Assembly: GCA_965248925.1 (NCBI GenBank)
Contig: CBDFLE010000006.1
Coordinates: forward strand, 2,336,001 to 2,400,000
DNA: 64,000 nucleotides
Source: Candidatus Multivoradales bacterium
GTDB taxonomy: Bacteria; Acidobacteriota; Thermoanaerobaculia; Multivoradales; J023
Direction of reading: 5' to 3'
Position numbers and translations under genes: made by a program. Positions 1 to 9,442 of this stretch are shown here, piece after piece (position 1 is the first letter of the stretch; each line of letters opens with the position of its first letter). A model generated the notes under the pieces. The model was not told the origin of the DNA and did not search any database. It worked only from the letters and a program-made list of their open reading frames with translations.

Positions 1-607
1 CCAAGCCGATAACGATCAACCCCAGGGCCTCGAACACAGCTCGGCTATAACCCGGCCGCGAGCTAGTTCGGCAGACCTGCACCAAATCGCGCAAGGCCAT
101 CGCGCCGGCTGGCGACCGAAGATCGTCCAAGCGCCGCCGTGCCAGCGCCAACCCCATGCCGGTGTGCAAGGGCAGCAGCTCACCGGCAGTGGCTATCTCG
201 TTGTCGACCTGGCGCAGCCCGACACCGGCCATGCCGAGCTGAAAACCCAAGCCCTCCAAGACCCAAAGAGCGCGCCACGGGGGCAAGCGCCGGCTCGCCG
301 CCACCTGCCGCGCCAATCCCGAAGTCCCGGCGATGGCCTGCTCGGCAAAACGGAAATCCTCGAAAGCCAGCAGCTTGTTACCGAGTTCGCTCAGATCGAC
401 GGCCGCCCGGCCACCGACCCATGGACCGGCGGCCAGCACCGAACCCCGCAGACCGACCAGAGCCGAGCGCAGCATTCCCCGTGGCAGATCCCCTAGCGCC
501 AGCGGACGGTCGCCACGCAGCGCCGCCAGCATCGAGCTGGTCTGTTCGAGCCCGAGTTTCGACATCGACGCCGAAAATTTAGCCACCGCGGTGAAAAGCT
601 GCTGCAT
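1..607 (-). CDS. Partial hypothetical protein (runs off left edge), paralog of the 2747..4045 protein
   Basis: Absent from the ORF track because no stop lies in the window. Manual translation from ATG 607 gives MQQLFTAVAKFSASMSKLGLEQ...ELGNKLLAFEDFR...PPWRALWVLEGLG...LLPLHTGMGLA...VFEALGLI, which aligns with ELSNKVEVF, PPRRALWLIEGLS, IIHAGLGLA and ALEALGLV in 2747..4045. Confidence 0.8.
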   Translation of the reverse strand, partial: MQQLFTAVAKFSASMSKLGLEQTSSMLAALRGDRPLALGDLPRGMLRSALVGLRGSVLAAGPWVGGRAAVDLSELGNKLLAFEDFRFAEQAIAGTSGLARQVAASRRLPPWRALWVLEGLGFQLGMAGVGLRQVDNEIATAGELLPLHTGMGLALARRRLDDLRSPAGAMALRDLVQVCRTSSRPGYSRAVFEALGLIVIGL

Positions 608-635
608 CAGTTCTTTGCTCGCAAGGTCCAGAATC

Positions 636-1100
636 TCAGTCTTGCTCCGCTGACCAGCGATCGAGAACTTGAAAGCAAACCCGCAGGAACTCTCGGTCCG
701 CCGGCTCGATCTGCTGTTTGCCACCGCGCTGCAAGTAGTCGGCGATACGCCACGCGGCGAAGGCTTCGCGGCTCATGCTGCGGGCCACTAGAAGTTGCTC
801 GCTCTCCAGCACCCGCTCGCGGCCGCTGTGGATCGACACCACCGCATACTCCACCAGCTTGACCATTGAATCGGCGAGATCTTGGGCTGCGCTGACTCCG
901 GAACTGCCAGTGCCAACCGGGATCAGGCCACCCGCCAGCCGGCCCGAGACGGTGTCGTAGCTCTCTCCTGCCAGGCCGTGGAACCCACGGGCCGCTTGGG
1001 CAAACATCTCACTGCCGGCGGCGAAGGCATCCACCGGCATCAGCGCCAGCCGACCACAGCGGCTCAGTATTCGACCAAAACCCGAATTCAGCTCGCTCAT
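636..1100 (-). CDS. Hypothetical protein in the lipid/PKS operon
   Basis: 154 aa ORF, co-oriented in the operon, with GGAG upstream of the ATG. No recognisable family. Confidence 0.7.
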   Translation of the reverse strand: MSELNSGFGRILSRCGRLALMPVDAFAAGSEMFAQAARGFHGLAGESYDTVSGRLAGGLIPVGTGSSGVSAAQDLADSMVKLVEYAVVSIHSGRERVLESEQLLVARSMSREAFAAWRIADYLQRGGKQQIEPADREFLRVCFQVLDRWSAEQD

Positions 1101-1148
1101 CTCGTCTCCAAGGTCACCGGGCCACGGCTGCTCTTGGCCCGGCAGAGT

Positions 1149-2750
1149 TCAATCCGCTACCGCTAACACCCTGAGCAAGAAACCACCCAACAGCAGGAAG
1201 GTCACCGCCGCACCGGTCTCCACCCAACGACTCTCCAAGCCGGCCCGCAGCAGGGCCGGAGTAGCTAGCACCACGGCCAACATCATCGCCCCCAAGGCGC
1301 CGGCTACCGTCCAACGATCACGGTGGCCCTCGGCCACAAGGCCGCGTTCGAGAGGCGGCTGAAAGCCTTCAGGACTCTCACTCAGGTCCAACAGCAGATC
1401 GATTTTCTGCGGTAGATCGAGCAACAAATCCGTACCCTGTTCGAGCATCGGCGCTAGCCGCCGCGGTGAGCTGAGGGTACGAAACTGGCTCCACCCGGCC
1501 AACCATTGCAAGCTGTTGAGCGCTTCGCCCAGAGTGTCTCGCTGCGGATCTAGTCGATGAGCCAAGCTCGCCGACTCCACCAGTCCGCGAAAGAAGACCC
1601 GCAGGTCGGCCCGACCGCGGTAGCCAGCTTCGCGCGCCAACCGCCAATGCAGCATCGCATGCTCGGCCAAGCTGTCGCCACGCCGCGACCACGCCCCATC
1701 ACGAAAAGGAACTGCTTGCCGCAGGCGCAAGCGCAGCTCGGCGGCGGTGCTCGTGCGGCGAGTCGCCACCATCTCGCGCAGCAAGTAGTTGGCGGCCCGC
1801 TCCGGCTGGTGCGCGGCGGCGGCCCGCAGGTAATTCCACAGCCGCACTTGCGAGGTCGCCGGCAGGCTGGCGAAGGTGCCATGACGAATTCCCCAGCGAC
1901 CGTCTGCCAGCACCACCCACTCGGCAGTGACCGGGAAGGCTCGCGCCACCAAAGCTAGTTGCAACCAAACCAGGCTCAAGCGGCGCGACAACTCAGCCTG
2001 CTCGGCAGCACCAAGGTCAGCTTGCGGGTCGTCCCATCGCCGGCCGGCGAGATAAGTCGTCGACAGCACTCGGCTCGAACATAGGGCTGGCAAGACAGCG
2101 GCCACCCGCACCAGGTCGGAGCCCTCGGTGGCGCTAGCCAGAACTTCCAGATGTTCGGCCTGGCGCGCCAGGTCGATCCGCGCTTCCAGGTGACAGCGGA
2201 AATCCTCGACCAGCCGAGAGAAATCAAGCTCCGCCGGCCAACGCACTCGCTCAAGCGGTGCCAACCGCTCGCCGAGAGCGGTCAGCTCGCTGTCGGCACC
2301 GGGACGCACCACCCGCAATACGACCGCGCTACCATCGGCCAACACCCCGCGGTGAGCCTGCAACAGCCAATCGCTGGCCACCGGGTCGGAATCGAGATCG
2401 GCAAAGGCCTCGGCCGCCGCCACTCCCAGCTCATCGCCGAGGCGCTCGCGAATGCTCGCCCAGGAAGCTGGCGGGCAATCCCCGCGAACCGCGCCCAAGC
2501 GCAGGCACTCGCGAGCCGAGAAGTAGTCACCGCGCGAGCCGAGATAGGCGGCAAAGGCCGCCAAGGGCCCACCAAACTCAGCCAACACCGTGGCCAATCC
2601 AGCGACCAAATCTTCTCTCGACAGCCCCTCGCTCGATCGCCGGAGCAGGCGCCGCGGACCGCGCGCCAAGCCCAGCTCGAGCAGCCGCCGCTGCAACTCC
2701 GAGACCCGCAGACGGCGGTGGTCTGAGAACCTGGCCCCGGCCCTGCTCAT
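1149..2750 (-). CDS. ABC1/UbiB (AarF) family pseudokinase with C-terminal TM helices
   Basis: ABC1-like layout (FADLDSDPVAS..QAHRGVLADGSAVVLRVVRP), but KxGQ, the VAVK lysine, HADxHPxN and DFG are absent. Start overlaps the upstream stop (ATGA). Confidence 0.75.
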   Translation of the reverse strand: MSRAGARFSDHRRLRVSELQRRLLELGLARGPRRLLRRSSEGLSREDLVAGLATVLAEFGGPLAAFAAYLGSRGDYFSARECLRLGAVRGDCPPASWASIRERLGDELGVAAAEAFADLDSDPVASDWLLQAHRGVLADGSAVVLRVVRPGADSELTALGERLAPLERVRWPAELDFSRLVEDFRCHLEARIDLARQAEHLEVLASATEGSDLVRVAAVLPALCSSRVLSTTYLAGRRWDDPQADLGAAEQAELSRRLSLVWLQLALVARAFPVTAEWVVLADGRWGIRHGTFASLPATSQVRLWNYLRAAAAHQPERAANYLLREMVATRRTSTAAELRLRLRQAVPFRDGAWSRRGDSLAEHAMLHWRLAREAGYRGRADLRVFFRGLVESASLAHRLDPQRDTLGEALNSLQWLAGWSQFRTLSSPRRLAPMLEQGTDLLLDLPQKIDLLLDLSESPEGFQPPLERGLVAEGHRDRWTVAGALGAMMLAVVLATPALLRAGLESRWVETGAAVTFLLLGGFLLRVLAVAD

Positions 2751-4045
2751 CGATCTTCCCCAGCCAACGTCGCGTAGCGGTCGGCAAGTTGGAGCTGGCC
2801 AGCGAGCGCCCGCTGACCGGGCTGACGGACGGCACGCTGCCAGAGGGCAGCCCGCGCGGCGTCGGCTGGCTGGTGGTCGAGAAAGGCGGCCAAATCGCTG
2901 TCCTCGGGGGTGATCTGCTGACGCATCACAAGCGACGCCAGCAGGCCCTCGTGGAAGGGGCCTTGGGCAAGCTGATCCTCCCCGTGGCAGAGCAATGCTT
3001 CTTCGAGCACCTGCGGTGTTCTTAAGTTGACCAAGGTGAAGGCATAACCGACCCCTGCCAGGGCGGCGGCGGTCTGGGTCCCCGCGGGAGATTCCTCTGC
3101 AACCATCGCCAACGCCTGGCCGAGAGAGCCGTAGCCCGGCACGAAGCTCACCGGCGCAAAGTAGATCGCGCGGCCAACTCCGTGCCAGAAGGTCTGCCGC
3201 AATCTCCCCTCGACGCGCTGTTCAAGCGCCCGATCAAGGCCTCCCAGGAGATCCGGGAAGAAGCAGCGAGCGACCAAACCCAGGGCCTCGAGAGCAGCTT
3301 CAAGATGGGCTTCGAGAGCACTCGCCTGACAAAGTCCCGCGAAGCGCTCGACAACGCTGGCGAACTCTGCCTGCGCCGAGTCTGGCCGCAAGTCAGCGAG
3401 CAAATGCTCAGCCACTGCCAGCCCAAGGCCGGCGTGAATGATCGGCAGCGTGTGGGCGGGCAGCAGATCGAGTTCAGCCGTGGCCAGCAGATCGGCGGTG
3501 GGACGGCGACAAGTCGCCGACTGGCGAACGCCCAGCAGCTCCACCTGGACAAAACCGTGGCTCAGCCCCTCGATCAACCACAGCGCCCGTCGGGGCGGCT
3601 GGCGGAGAGCGATCTCCACCCACCGCGGGAGACTAAAAGGCACCCCCCGCGGTGGCAGTCCGAGTTCGTCGGCAACCCCGCGCACCAACTTGAAGACTTC
3701 CACTTTGTTGCTCAGCTCGCGGCGCCGGGCGGCACCCACGGCGGCGGGACTAACGAAGCGCAGAGTGTCCAGCGAATGCCGCGCCAGCCGCTGCGCGCCT
3801 TGGCGCCAGGCCGCCGGATCCAGAGTATCCCAGGCCAATTCCAAACCCTCGTCCTGCAACGCCCCACCGGCCTGATATGCACCCTGCAACAAATCACCAA
3901 GCTGCCGCTGGGCTGTCCAGGTCAGCGCATCGAGCGACTCCCCAGGTGACATCGTCGCCGGCCGCAGCAGGCCGATAGCTCGCTCCGCGCCATAGAGCGA
4001 CGCCGCCCAGGAAAAACGCAGCATGGATTTGGCCAGGGTTTGCAC
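2747..4045 (-). CDS. Hypothetical helical protein with amphipathic N-terminal domain, possibly a remote DUF1702-like protein
   Basis: 432 aa ORF with repeated Gly-containing helices (LIEGLSHG, HAGLGLA, FWHGVGRAIYF, LAGVGYAF). N-terminus is homologous to 4063..4443. Confidence 0.7.
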   Translation of the reverse strand: MQTLAKSMLRFSWAASLYGAERAIGLLRPATMSPGESLDALTWTAQRQLGDLLQGAYQAGGALQDEGLELAWDTLDPAAWRQGAQRLARHSLDTLRFVSPAAVGAARRRELSNKVEVFKLVRGVADELGLPPRGVPFSLPRWVEIALRQPPRRALWLIEGLSHGFVQVELLGVRQSATCRRPTADLLATAELDLLPAHTLPIIHAGLGLAVAEHLLADLRPDSAQAEFASVVERFAGLCQASALEAHLEAALEALGLVARCFFPDLLGGLDRALEQRVEGRLRQTFWHGVGRAIYFAPVSFVPGYGSLGQALAMVAEESPAGTQTAAALAGVGYAFTLVNLRTPQVLEEALLCHGEDQLAQGPFHEGLLASLVMRQQITPEDSDLAAFLDHQPADAARAALWQRAVRQPGQRALAGQLQLADRYATLAGEDR

Positions 4046-4062
4046 AGCTCAGGATCCAGAAT

Positions 4063-4443
4063 CTAGCTGTCGGCGGCTGCAGCGACTGTTTCGCTCGCCG
4101 CCCCAACTTCGGCCTTGTTGCTCAGCGTACTCCAAGAACGATCCACGGTTTCCCAGCCACGTTTCATCGCCTCCCCCAGAACTTCACCGGGCTTCGACCA
4201 CTCGCCACTAGCCAGGTCGGTGAGGGCGTTGACCATCCCCCCTTGGAACTCGTCGCCCGCCCGGTAGACATTGCGCACCGTCTCGCCCATCTGGCCCTCG
4301 GCGGCGTGGCTGAGGGCATCGAAGGCCGAAGTGGACTTACCCCAGCCTTCACCCGGCAACAGCAGTTGACTCGCCTGGCGTAGGCCGAGCATCGACATCG
4401 CCCAGGAGAAGCGGAACATAGATTTGGTCAGATCGCGCATCAT
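4063..4443 (-). CDS. Small amphipathic-helix protein (phasin-like by character)
   Basis: 126 aa with an AAAGGA RBS. MMRDLTKSMFRFSWAMSMLGLRQ matches the N-terminus of the next gene. Confidence 0.75.
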   Translation of the reverse strand: MMRDLTKSMFRFSWAMSMLGLRQASQLLLPGEGWGKSTSAFDALSHAAEGQMGETVRNVYRAGDEFQGGMVNALTDLASGEWSKPGEVLGEAMKRGWETVDRSWSTLSNKAEVGAASETVAAAADS

Positions 4444-4466
4444 TTTTTCCTTTCGTTGCTAGTTGA

Positions 4467-6188
4467 TCATCTCACCAACACCCACAGGCGGCACAATAAG
4501 ACCACCGCGGCAGCGCCGGCAAAGGTCAGCTGTGCGGTCCACAGATTAGCGCCCAGCGCTGGCGGCGGCGGGCTGAGGGTCAAGGCCAGGGTGGCCAGGA
4601 GCAGCGCCGCGACGAGCCCGGCCACCCGCCATCGCATCGCCGCCCGGTCGGCCGGGGGGCCTGGCTTGGCGCTCAGCGGCAGTTCACCGGCGGTCAGCCG
4701 GTCGAGCAAGCGGCTGGCGCGGCGCGGCCCATGCTCAAACAACTTGCCGCTAGCGGCGGAGAAGTCGAGCAGACGCTGGGCGGTAAAGCGCTCGCGGCGA
4801 CCCTGCCAAACCAGATATCGGGCACAAGACTTGGCCAAATAAGCACCCACCTCGAACGTCGGCTCGAAGCGAGTGATCAAGCCATCGATGGCAATCGCCG
4901 AACGGATGTACTTGACAATTGCCCGCTCCGGTAGCACACCGGTCTTGCGCGACAGGGTAAGCATCTCACCCATGATGCGGGTGAAGTTGGCGTGCAAGCG
5001 CTGCGCTTGGCCGCTGTCGGGCTGGTAGTCCTCGTACCAACCCGCGGCCAGCCGGTCGAGGCCGACGCGAAAACCCTGCAAGTCGGACTTCGGGCCAATG
5101 CTGGTGACTTGCAAGAAGTCATGGTTGAGGCGCTGCATATCGCCTTCGGCCAGGGCCAAGGTCATCGCCACCAGGTGGCGCCGAGAATAGCGACTCATCA
5201 GGCCGGTGATGCCAAAGTCGACATAGCCCACCACGTTGTGGTCGAGAATCAGCAGATTCGCCGGATGCAGGTCGGCATGGTAGATACCGTTCTCAAAAGC
5301 ATCGCCAAGAAAGTTGTCGATGATGTTGGCGGCAAAACGCACCGGCTCGAAGCCGCGCTGAGCCAAGCGCTCGGCCAGCAGCGAGTCTCCCCGTTCGCGG
5401 CCGCGCAGGTATTCGAGCAAGGTGACGCCGTTAAGAAACTCCATCACCAAGATGCGCCGGGTGGTGAACTCCTCCCACACTCGCGGCACATGTTGCACCG
5501 GGTTGTCAGCGGCGTGAATAGCCAACCTCTCAGCGTACCGCGCCTCATTGCGGAAATCGATCTCCTCTTCGGTCCAAGCAATGAATTCGCTGGTTGGTTC
5601 CACCAGCCAATACAGGGGTCGCAAGCGCAACCATTGAATCAGCCGCACCACCGCCACCATCAGGCGAATATCGCTGCCGAAGTCCTGCTCGACATCGGGT
5701 CGCTGGATTTTCACCGCTACTTTTTGGCCGTCCAACCAAGCCACATGGACCTGCCCCACGGAGGCGGTGGCCAGCGGCTGGCGGTCGAAATCAGTAAAAA
5801 CTTCTTCGAGGCCCCGACCGTGTTCGGCGCGGAAGATCTCGTCCGCCAGGGTAAAAGAAAAGGGCTCGATGCGATCAAGCAGATTAAACAGTGCATTGCA
5901 GTATTCGAGCGAGATGATGTCGGGCTGCAGGGCCAGCATCTGACCGAACTTGATAAAGGTGCCGCCGATATCCTCAAGCACTTGACGCAAGCGATCTGGA
6001 GGCGCCAGGTCGCCGGCGGGCAAGCGCCGCGCCAGTCTCGGCCAACGCTCGAGCCGCTGGCCCAGGCCCAGCGACAGACCATGCCGAGCCGCCACCGCAA
6101 CTATGCGCAACAAGCGGCGCCCGCTCGACAACAGCAAACTTCCCCAGCCCAGTCGATCCCAGACTAGCCGGCGCCAGAGGAACTTCAT
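4467..6188 (-). CDS. ABC1/UbiB (AarF) family atypical kinase/ATPase
   Basis: KFGQ (KxGQ), ATASVGQVH, VAVKIQRP, YHADLHPAN and VDFG motifs, plus two C-terminal TM segments. Confidence 0.92.
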   Translation of the reverse strand: MKFLWRRLVWDRLGWGSLLLSSGRRLLRIVAVAARHGLSLGLGQRLERWPRLARRLPAGDLAPPDRLRQVLEDIGGTFIKFGQMLALQPDIISLEYCNALFNLLDRIEPFSFTLADEIFRAEHGRGLEEVFTDFDRQPLATASVGQVHVAWLDGQKVAVKIQRPDVEQDFGSDIRLMVAVVRLIQWLRLRPLYWLVEPTSEFIAWTEEEIDFRNEARYAERLAIHAADNPVQHVPRVWEEFTTRRILVMEFLNGVTLLEYLRGRERGDSLLAERLAQRGFEPVRFAANIIDNFLGDAFENGIYHADLHPANLLILDHNVVGYVDFGITGLMSRYSRRHLVAMTLALAEGDMQRLNHDFLQVTSIGPKSDLQGFRVGLDRLAAGWYEDYQPDSGQAQRLHANFTRIMGEMLTLSRKTGVLPERAIVKYIRSAIAIDGLITRFEPTFEVGAYLAKSCARYLVWQGRRERFTAQRLLDFSAASGKLFEHGPRRASRLLDRLTAGELPLSAKPGPPADRAAMRWRVAGLVAALLLATLALTLSPPPPALGANLWTAQLTFAGAAAVVLLCRLWVLVR

Positions 6189-7849
6189 TCAGCAGGCCCC
6201 GCGGAGTCCCAGAGATTGCCAAAGAAGATCGACCGACGTTGCTCCCTCATCTCGACCAAGGTGCTGGCGATACGCTCCTTGATCTGCCGGCCCACCGCCC
6301 GCACCACTGCCGGATCCTCGGCTGCTTCGGGGCCATATTGGAGTTCGACATGGACCGGTTCGAGAAATTGAGTATGCCACTTGGAAGGCAGCGGCACACT
6401 GCCCATGGTGGGCGTGATCGGCAAGAACGGCCATTCACTGAGACGTTTGAACCAGGCCCATTCGATGCGGCCGAAAATAGGAAAGATCTCCGCCGAACCA
6501 ACAGTCACGAAGGGCACGATCGGCACCTGATGGCGAAGCGCCATCTTGACGTACTCGTGACGCGCAAAACGGCGCAAGGTGTAAGCATCGCGATACATGC
6601 AGAAAGCACCGCGGATGCCCTCTGGGAAGACCCCGATCAGATGACCGCGAGAGAGCGCCCAATCAGCGTTGTCATGCGACGCATGGATGCCGCCGAGCTT
6701 GATGATGTAAGGCGCCAGGAAGGGGAACTTCGCCAACGCCGGGTGGATCAGAAAGCGCGGATAGCGCCCCAGCTGGCGCGCTAGCAGGTGTAGCAGCATC
6801 ACCGCATCCCAGGGCTGATGACCGCGGTGAACCCCCACCAACACCGCCGCTCCCTGCCGTGGTACATGCTTCAGACCCCGATGCTCGATGCGCCACCAGG
6901 CGTCGTGCAAGAAACGAAAGAGAGTGCGCCCGAGACGGTCGATGTAAACCCGGTCCATGCCAAAGGGGTCAAATTCGTCGTCTTGATGCGGAACAACAGT
7001 CGCCGGCAGAGATGTACCCTGAGACTTCGCCGCCGCCAAAGCGCGCAACGCGGCGGCGCTGGTGTATCGAGGCTCGAAGCCGAGCTGCTCAGCGATCTTG
7101 ACCGCTGACACCGTTGCTGGATAGCACCGGCCATCGAGCTGGCCCTTGGGCACTAGCCAGCGCACCAGCCAAGACGGCAGCGGCAAGCGGCGCACCCCCG
7201 CCAGAGCCAACGCGCGCCGCTGCGGCACCACCGCCGAGGGAGCAACATTCAACACGCCGAGCGGGCACTCCTCGAACACTCGCCGCAGAGCCGACGCCAG
7301 ATCATCCGGCGCCAGCACCTGCAGCGACGGATCGAAACCGATGGGCGTTACCGCCACCGCGCCACTGAACAGGCGACTCGCCCCATCCTCACCTCCCGGC
7401 ACCGCGGTAGGCGCCGCCCGCAGCACCGTCAGGCGCTTCTCGCCCACCACCTCGAGCGCCCGAGCCTCAAGCCGACGCCAGCTCGTGGCCATTGGATTTT
7501 CCTGCCGAGAAGTGCCACCGAAAACCTCGTCGACCATTCCAGGATGGTGGTGGCTCGACTGATGAATCGCACTGCTGGCCAGTACGATCAGCCGACATGC
7601 CGACAAGCGGCCGAGGTGATCGAGCAAACTGCCAGCCGCGGCCGCGGCGAGGTCTCCATCGGCATGCTGGGAGGCCGCCCAGACCACCGTATCGACCCCT
7701 TCGCCGGGAGCCAGAAGTTGGTCCAAAGAACGGTCGTCGAGAGACGCTCCGCTACAGCTGGCCACCGCTGGGCTAACGGCCAGAGCAGCCACCAAAAGCT
7801 CACGCAGGGGGGCATGGGGCGCGCAGACCAAGACCTTGGCAGACATCAC
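6185..7849 (-). CDS. Fusion of degenerate NAD-dependent epimerase/SDR-like domain and PlsC/LPLAT acyltransferase
   Basis: The C-terminal half has DPFGMD, VHRGHQPWD, FPEG and LPSKW. The N-terminal half is extended-SDR-like (LTVLRAAP, DPSLQVLAPDDLA, LGFEPRYTS) but lacks GxxGxxG and YxxxK. Confidence 0.85.
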   Translation of the reverse strand: MMSAKVLVCAPHAPLRELLVAALAVSPAVASCSGASLDDRSLDQLLAPGEGVDTVVWAASQHADGDLAAAAAGSLLDHLGRLSACRLIVLASSAIHQSSHHHPGMVDEVFGGTSRQENPMATSWRRLEARALEVVGEKRLTVLRAAPTAVPGGEDGASRLFSGAVAVTPIGFDPSLQVLAPDDLASALRRVFEECPLGVLNVAPSAVVPQRRALALAGVRRLPLPSWLVRWLVPKGQLDGRCYPATVSAVKIAEQLGFEPRYTSAAALRALAAAKSQGTSLPATVVPHQDDEFDPFGMDRVYIDRLGRTLFRFLHDAWWRIEHRGLKHVPRQGAAVLVGVHRGHQPWDAVMLLHLLARQLGRYPRFLIHPALAKFPFLAPYIIKLGGIHASHDNADWALSRGHLIGVFPEGIRGAFCMYRDAYTLRRFARHEYVKMALRHQVPIVPFVTVGSAEIFPIFGRIEWAWFKRLSEWPFLPITPTMGSVPLPSKWHTQFLEPVHVELQYGPEAAEDPAVVRAVGRQIKERIASTLVEMREQRRSIFFGNLWDSAGPAE

Positions 7850-7894
7850 GATCCCCCTACACTAGCGCCATTTTTCAACTCCAGCCGCACCAGT

Positions 7895-9442
7895 TCACCA
7901 GCCGGCGGCTACCGCCGCTCGCCCGGCCACTTCGTCGAGCGGCCAGGGCACTGAAGAGGTCGCACCGGCGACCTCGGCGGCGACCTGTTGGGCGGAGACG
8001 ATCACCGGTGTAATGCCACCTCCCGGCCGGGTCCAATGGCCGACCAGATAGAGATTCTTGATCGGCGATTCGATTCCCGGCCGGCGGCTGCCGAGTTGAT
8101 CGGGCGACATTTCCCAACCCAGCATGGCGCCAAACTTATTGCCGGTAAATCGCCAAGAAGTCAGGGCTGAGGCACTCACTTGGACAACGATCTTGCGCGA
8201 GATCCCCGGCACCAGATCTTCGAGGTGCGAGACCACGTAGTCTTCCACCTCGCGCTTGTGCGCCGGCCAATCGGTGATCTCTCGGTAGTCGAGCTGCTGC
8301 ACTTTTTGCAGGATCACCACCTGCCCGCCAACCGGCGCCATCCGTGGCTCGTAGACCGTCGGCACGAAAACCTTGCAGCGCAAACCCCCGTCGCCCACTT
8401 GATCAGGGTCCCAGGAATTCCAGTAGTAACCCTGCACCGCCTCCAGCACCTCGGGTTCGATATCGCGCAAGCCGATGTGGGTTAAGAAGCAAGGAAAACT
8501 CGGACGCAGGGATCGCACTTGCTTCAGGTAAGCCGGGTCCAGCACCCCGGCGGGTAGCAACCGCTCTAGGGTTTGCAGCATGTCGGCGTTGGAAATCACC
8601 GTTCGCGCCAGTACCCGCCGCTGGCCCTGCAAAGGGCCGCGCAGAGTCTTCAACTCGACACCCTGAGCGCGGCCATCTCGCACCAAGATGTGCTCGGCGC
8701 GGGTACTCATCAGAATGTGGCCACCGCGAGCCTCGAAACAGCGCGCCAGCTCGTCGGCGAAAGCCTGCGATCCCAGTACCGGATAGTAGTTGCCGAGAAA
8801 GTAGGACAACCGCAACATCGAGTCGAAGACAAACGAAGTCCGGGCCGGCGGCGAACCCCAATGCGGACAATCAGCGGTCAACAGCAGCTTCAACTTCCGG
8901 TCGGTGAAATGCCGATCGAGCACCTGGCGCACAGAAAGATCTCGGTAACGCTCCAGACGCGGCGTCTCACGACCCCTGAAATAGGCCAGCAAGCCGAGTA
9001 AGTAGGCCTCGCGAACCTCGCTGAAAAATTTATCGAGGTTGGCCTGCTCGGCGGGGAATGCCTGCTTGACCATGGCCAGGTAGGTGTCGAAATCCCCCGG
9101 TACCTCGAACTTGCTGCCATCGGGAAAGTGAAAAGTATCGACCGGGTCCATTTTCACCCAGCCGGTCTCCACCCCGAGCTCGCCGAGCAACTTGCCAGTC
9201 AAGGTGAGGGGATTGCCCAGCAGCGGATAGAAGTGGGTAGCGGCATCAAAGGTGTAGCCCTTGCGCCGGAAGGTGCTGCAATAGCCACCCACCATGTAGT
9301 GCTGCTCGACCAGCAGCACTTTCAGACCTTCGCGGGCCAGCAAGTTGGCGGTGACCAAGCCGCCGACCCCGGCACCGATGATCACCGTGTCGTAGGCCGG
9401 CTCCGGGGCCTCGCGGCGCAGCCCTCTGAACAAGCGTTTCAC
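7895..9442 (-). CDS. FAD-dependent oxidoreductase, phytoene desaturase/CrtH/retinol saturase (COG1233) family
   Basis: IGAGVGGL...VEQHYMVGG...GYTFDA dinucleotide-binding motif and C-terminal NLYLVGHWTRPGGG. Confidence 0.88.
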   Translation of the reverse strand: MKRLFRGLRREAPEPAYDTVIIGAGVGGLVTANLLAREGLKVLLVEQHYMVGGYCSTFRRKGYTFDAATHFYPLLGNPLTLTGKLLGELGVETGWVKMDPVDTFHFPDGSKFEVPGDFDTYLAMVKQAFPAEQANLDKFFSEVREAYLLGLLAYFRGRETPRLERYRDLSVRQVLDRHFTDRKLKLLLTADCPHWGSPPARTSFVFDSMLRLSYFLGNYYPVLGSQAFADELARCFEARGGHILMSTRAEHILVRDGRAQGVELKTLRGPLQGQRRVLARTVISNADMLQTLERLLPAGVLDPAYLKQVRSLRPSFPCFLTHIGLRDIEPEVLEAVQGYYWNSWDPDQVGDGGLRCKVFVPTVYEPRMAPVGGQVVILQKVQQLDYREITDWPAHKREVEDYVVSHLEDLVPGISRKIVVQVSASALTSWRFTGNKFGAMLGWEMSPDQLGSRRPGIESPIKNLYLVGHWTRPGGGITPVIVSAQQVAAEVAGATSSVPWPLDEVAGRAAVAAGW

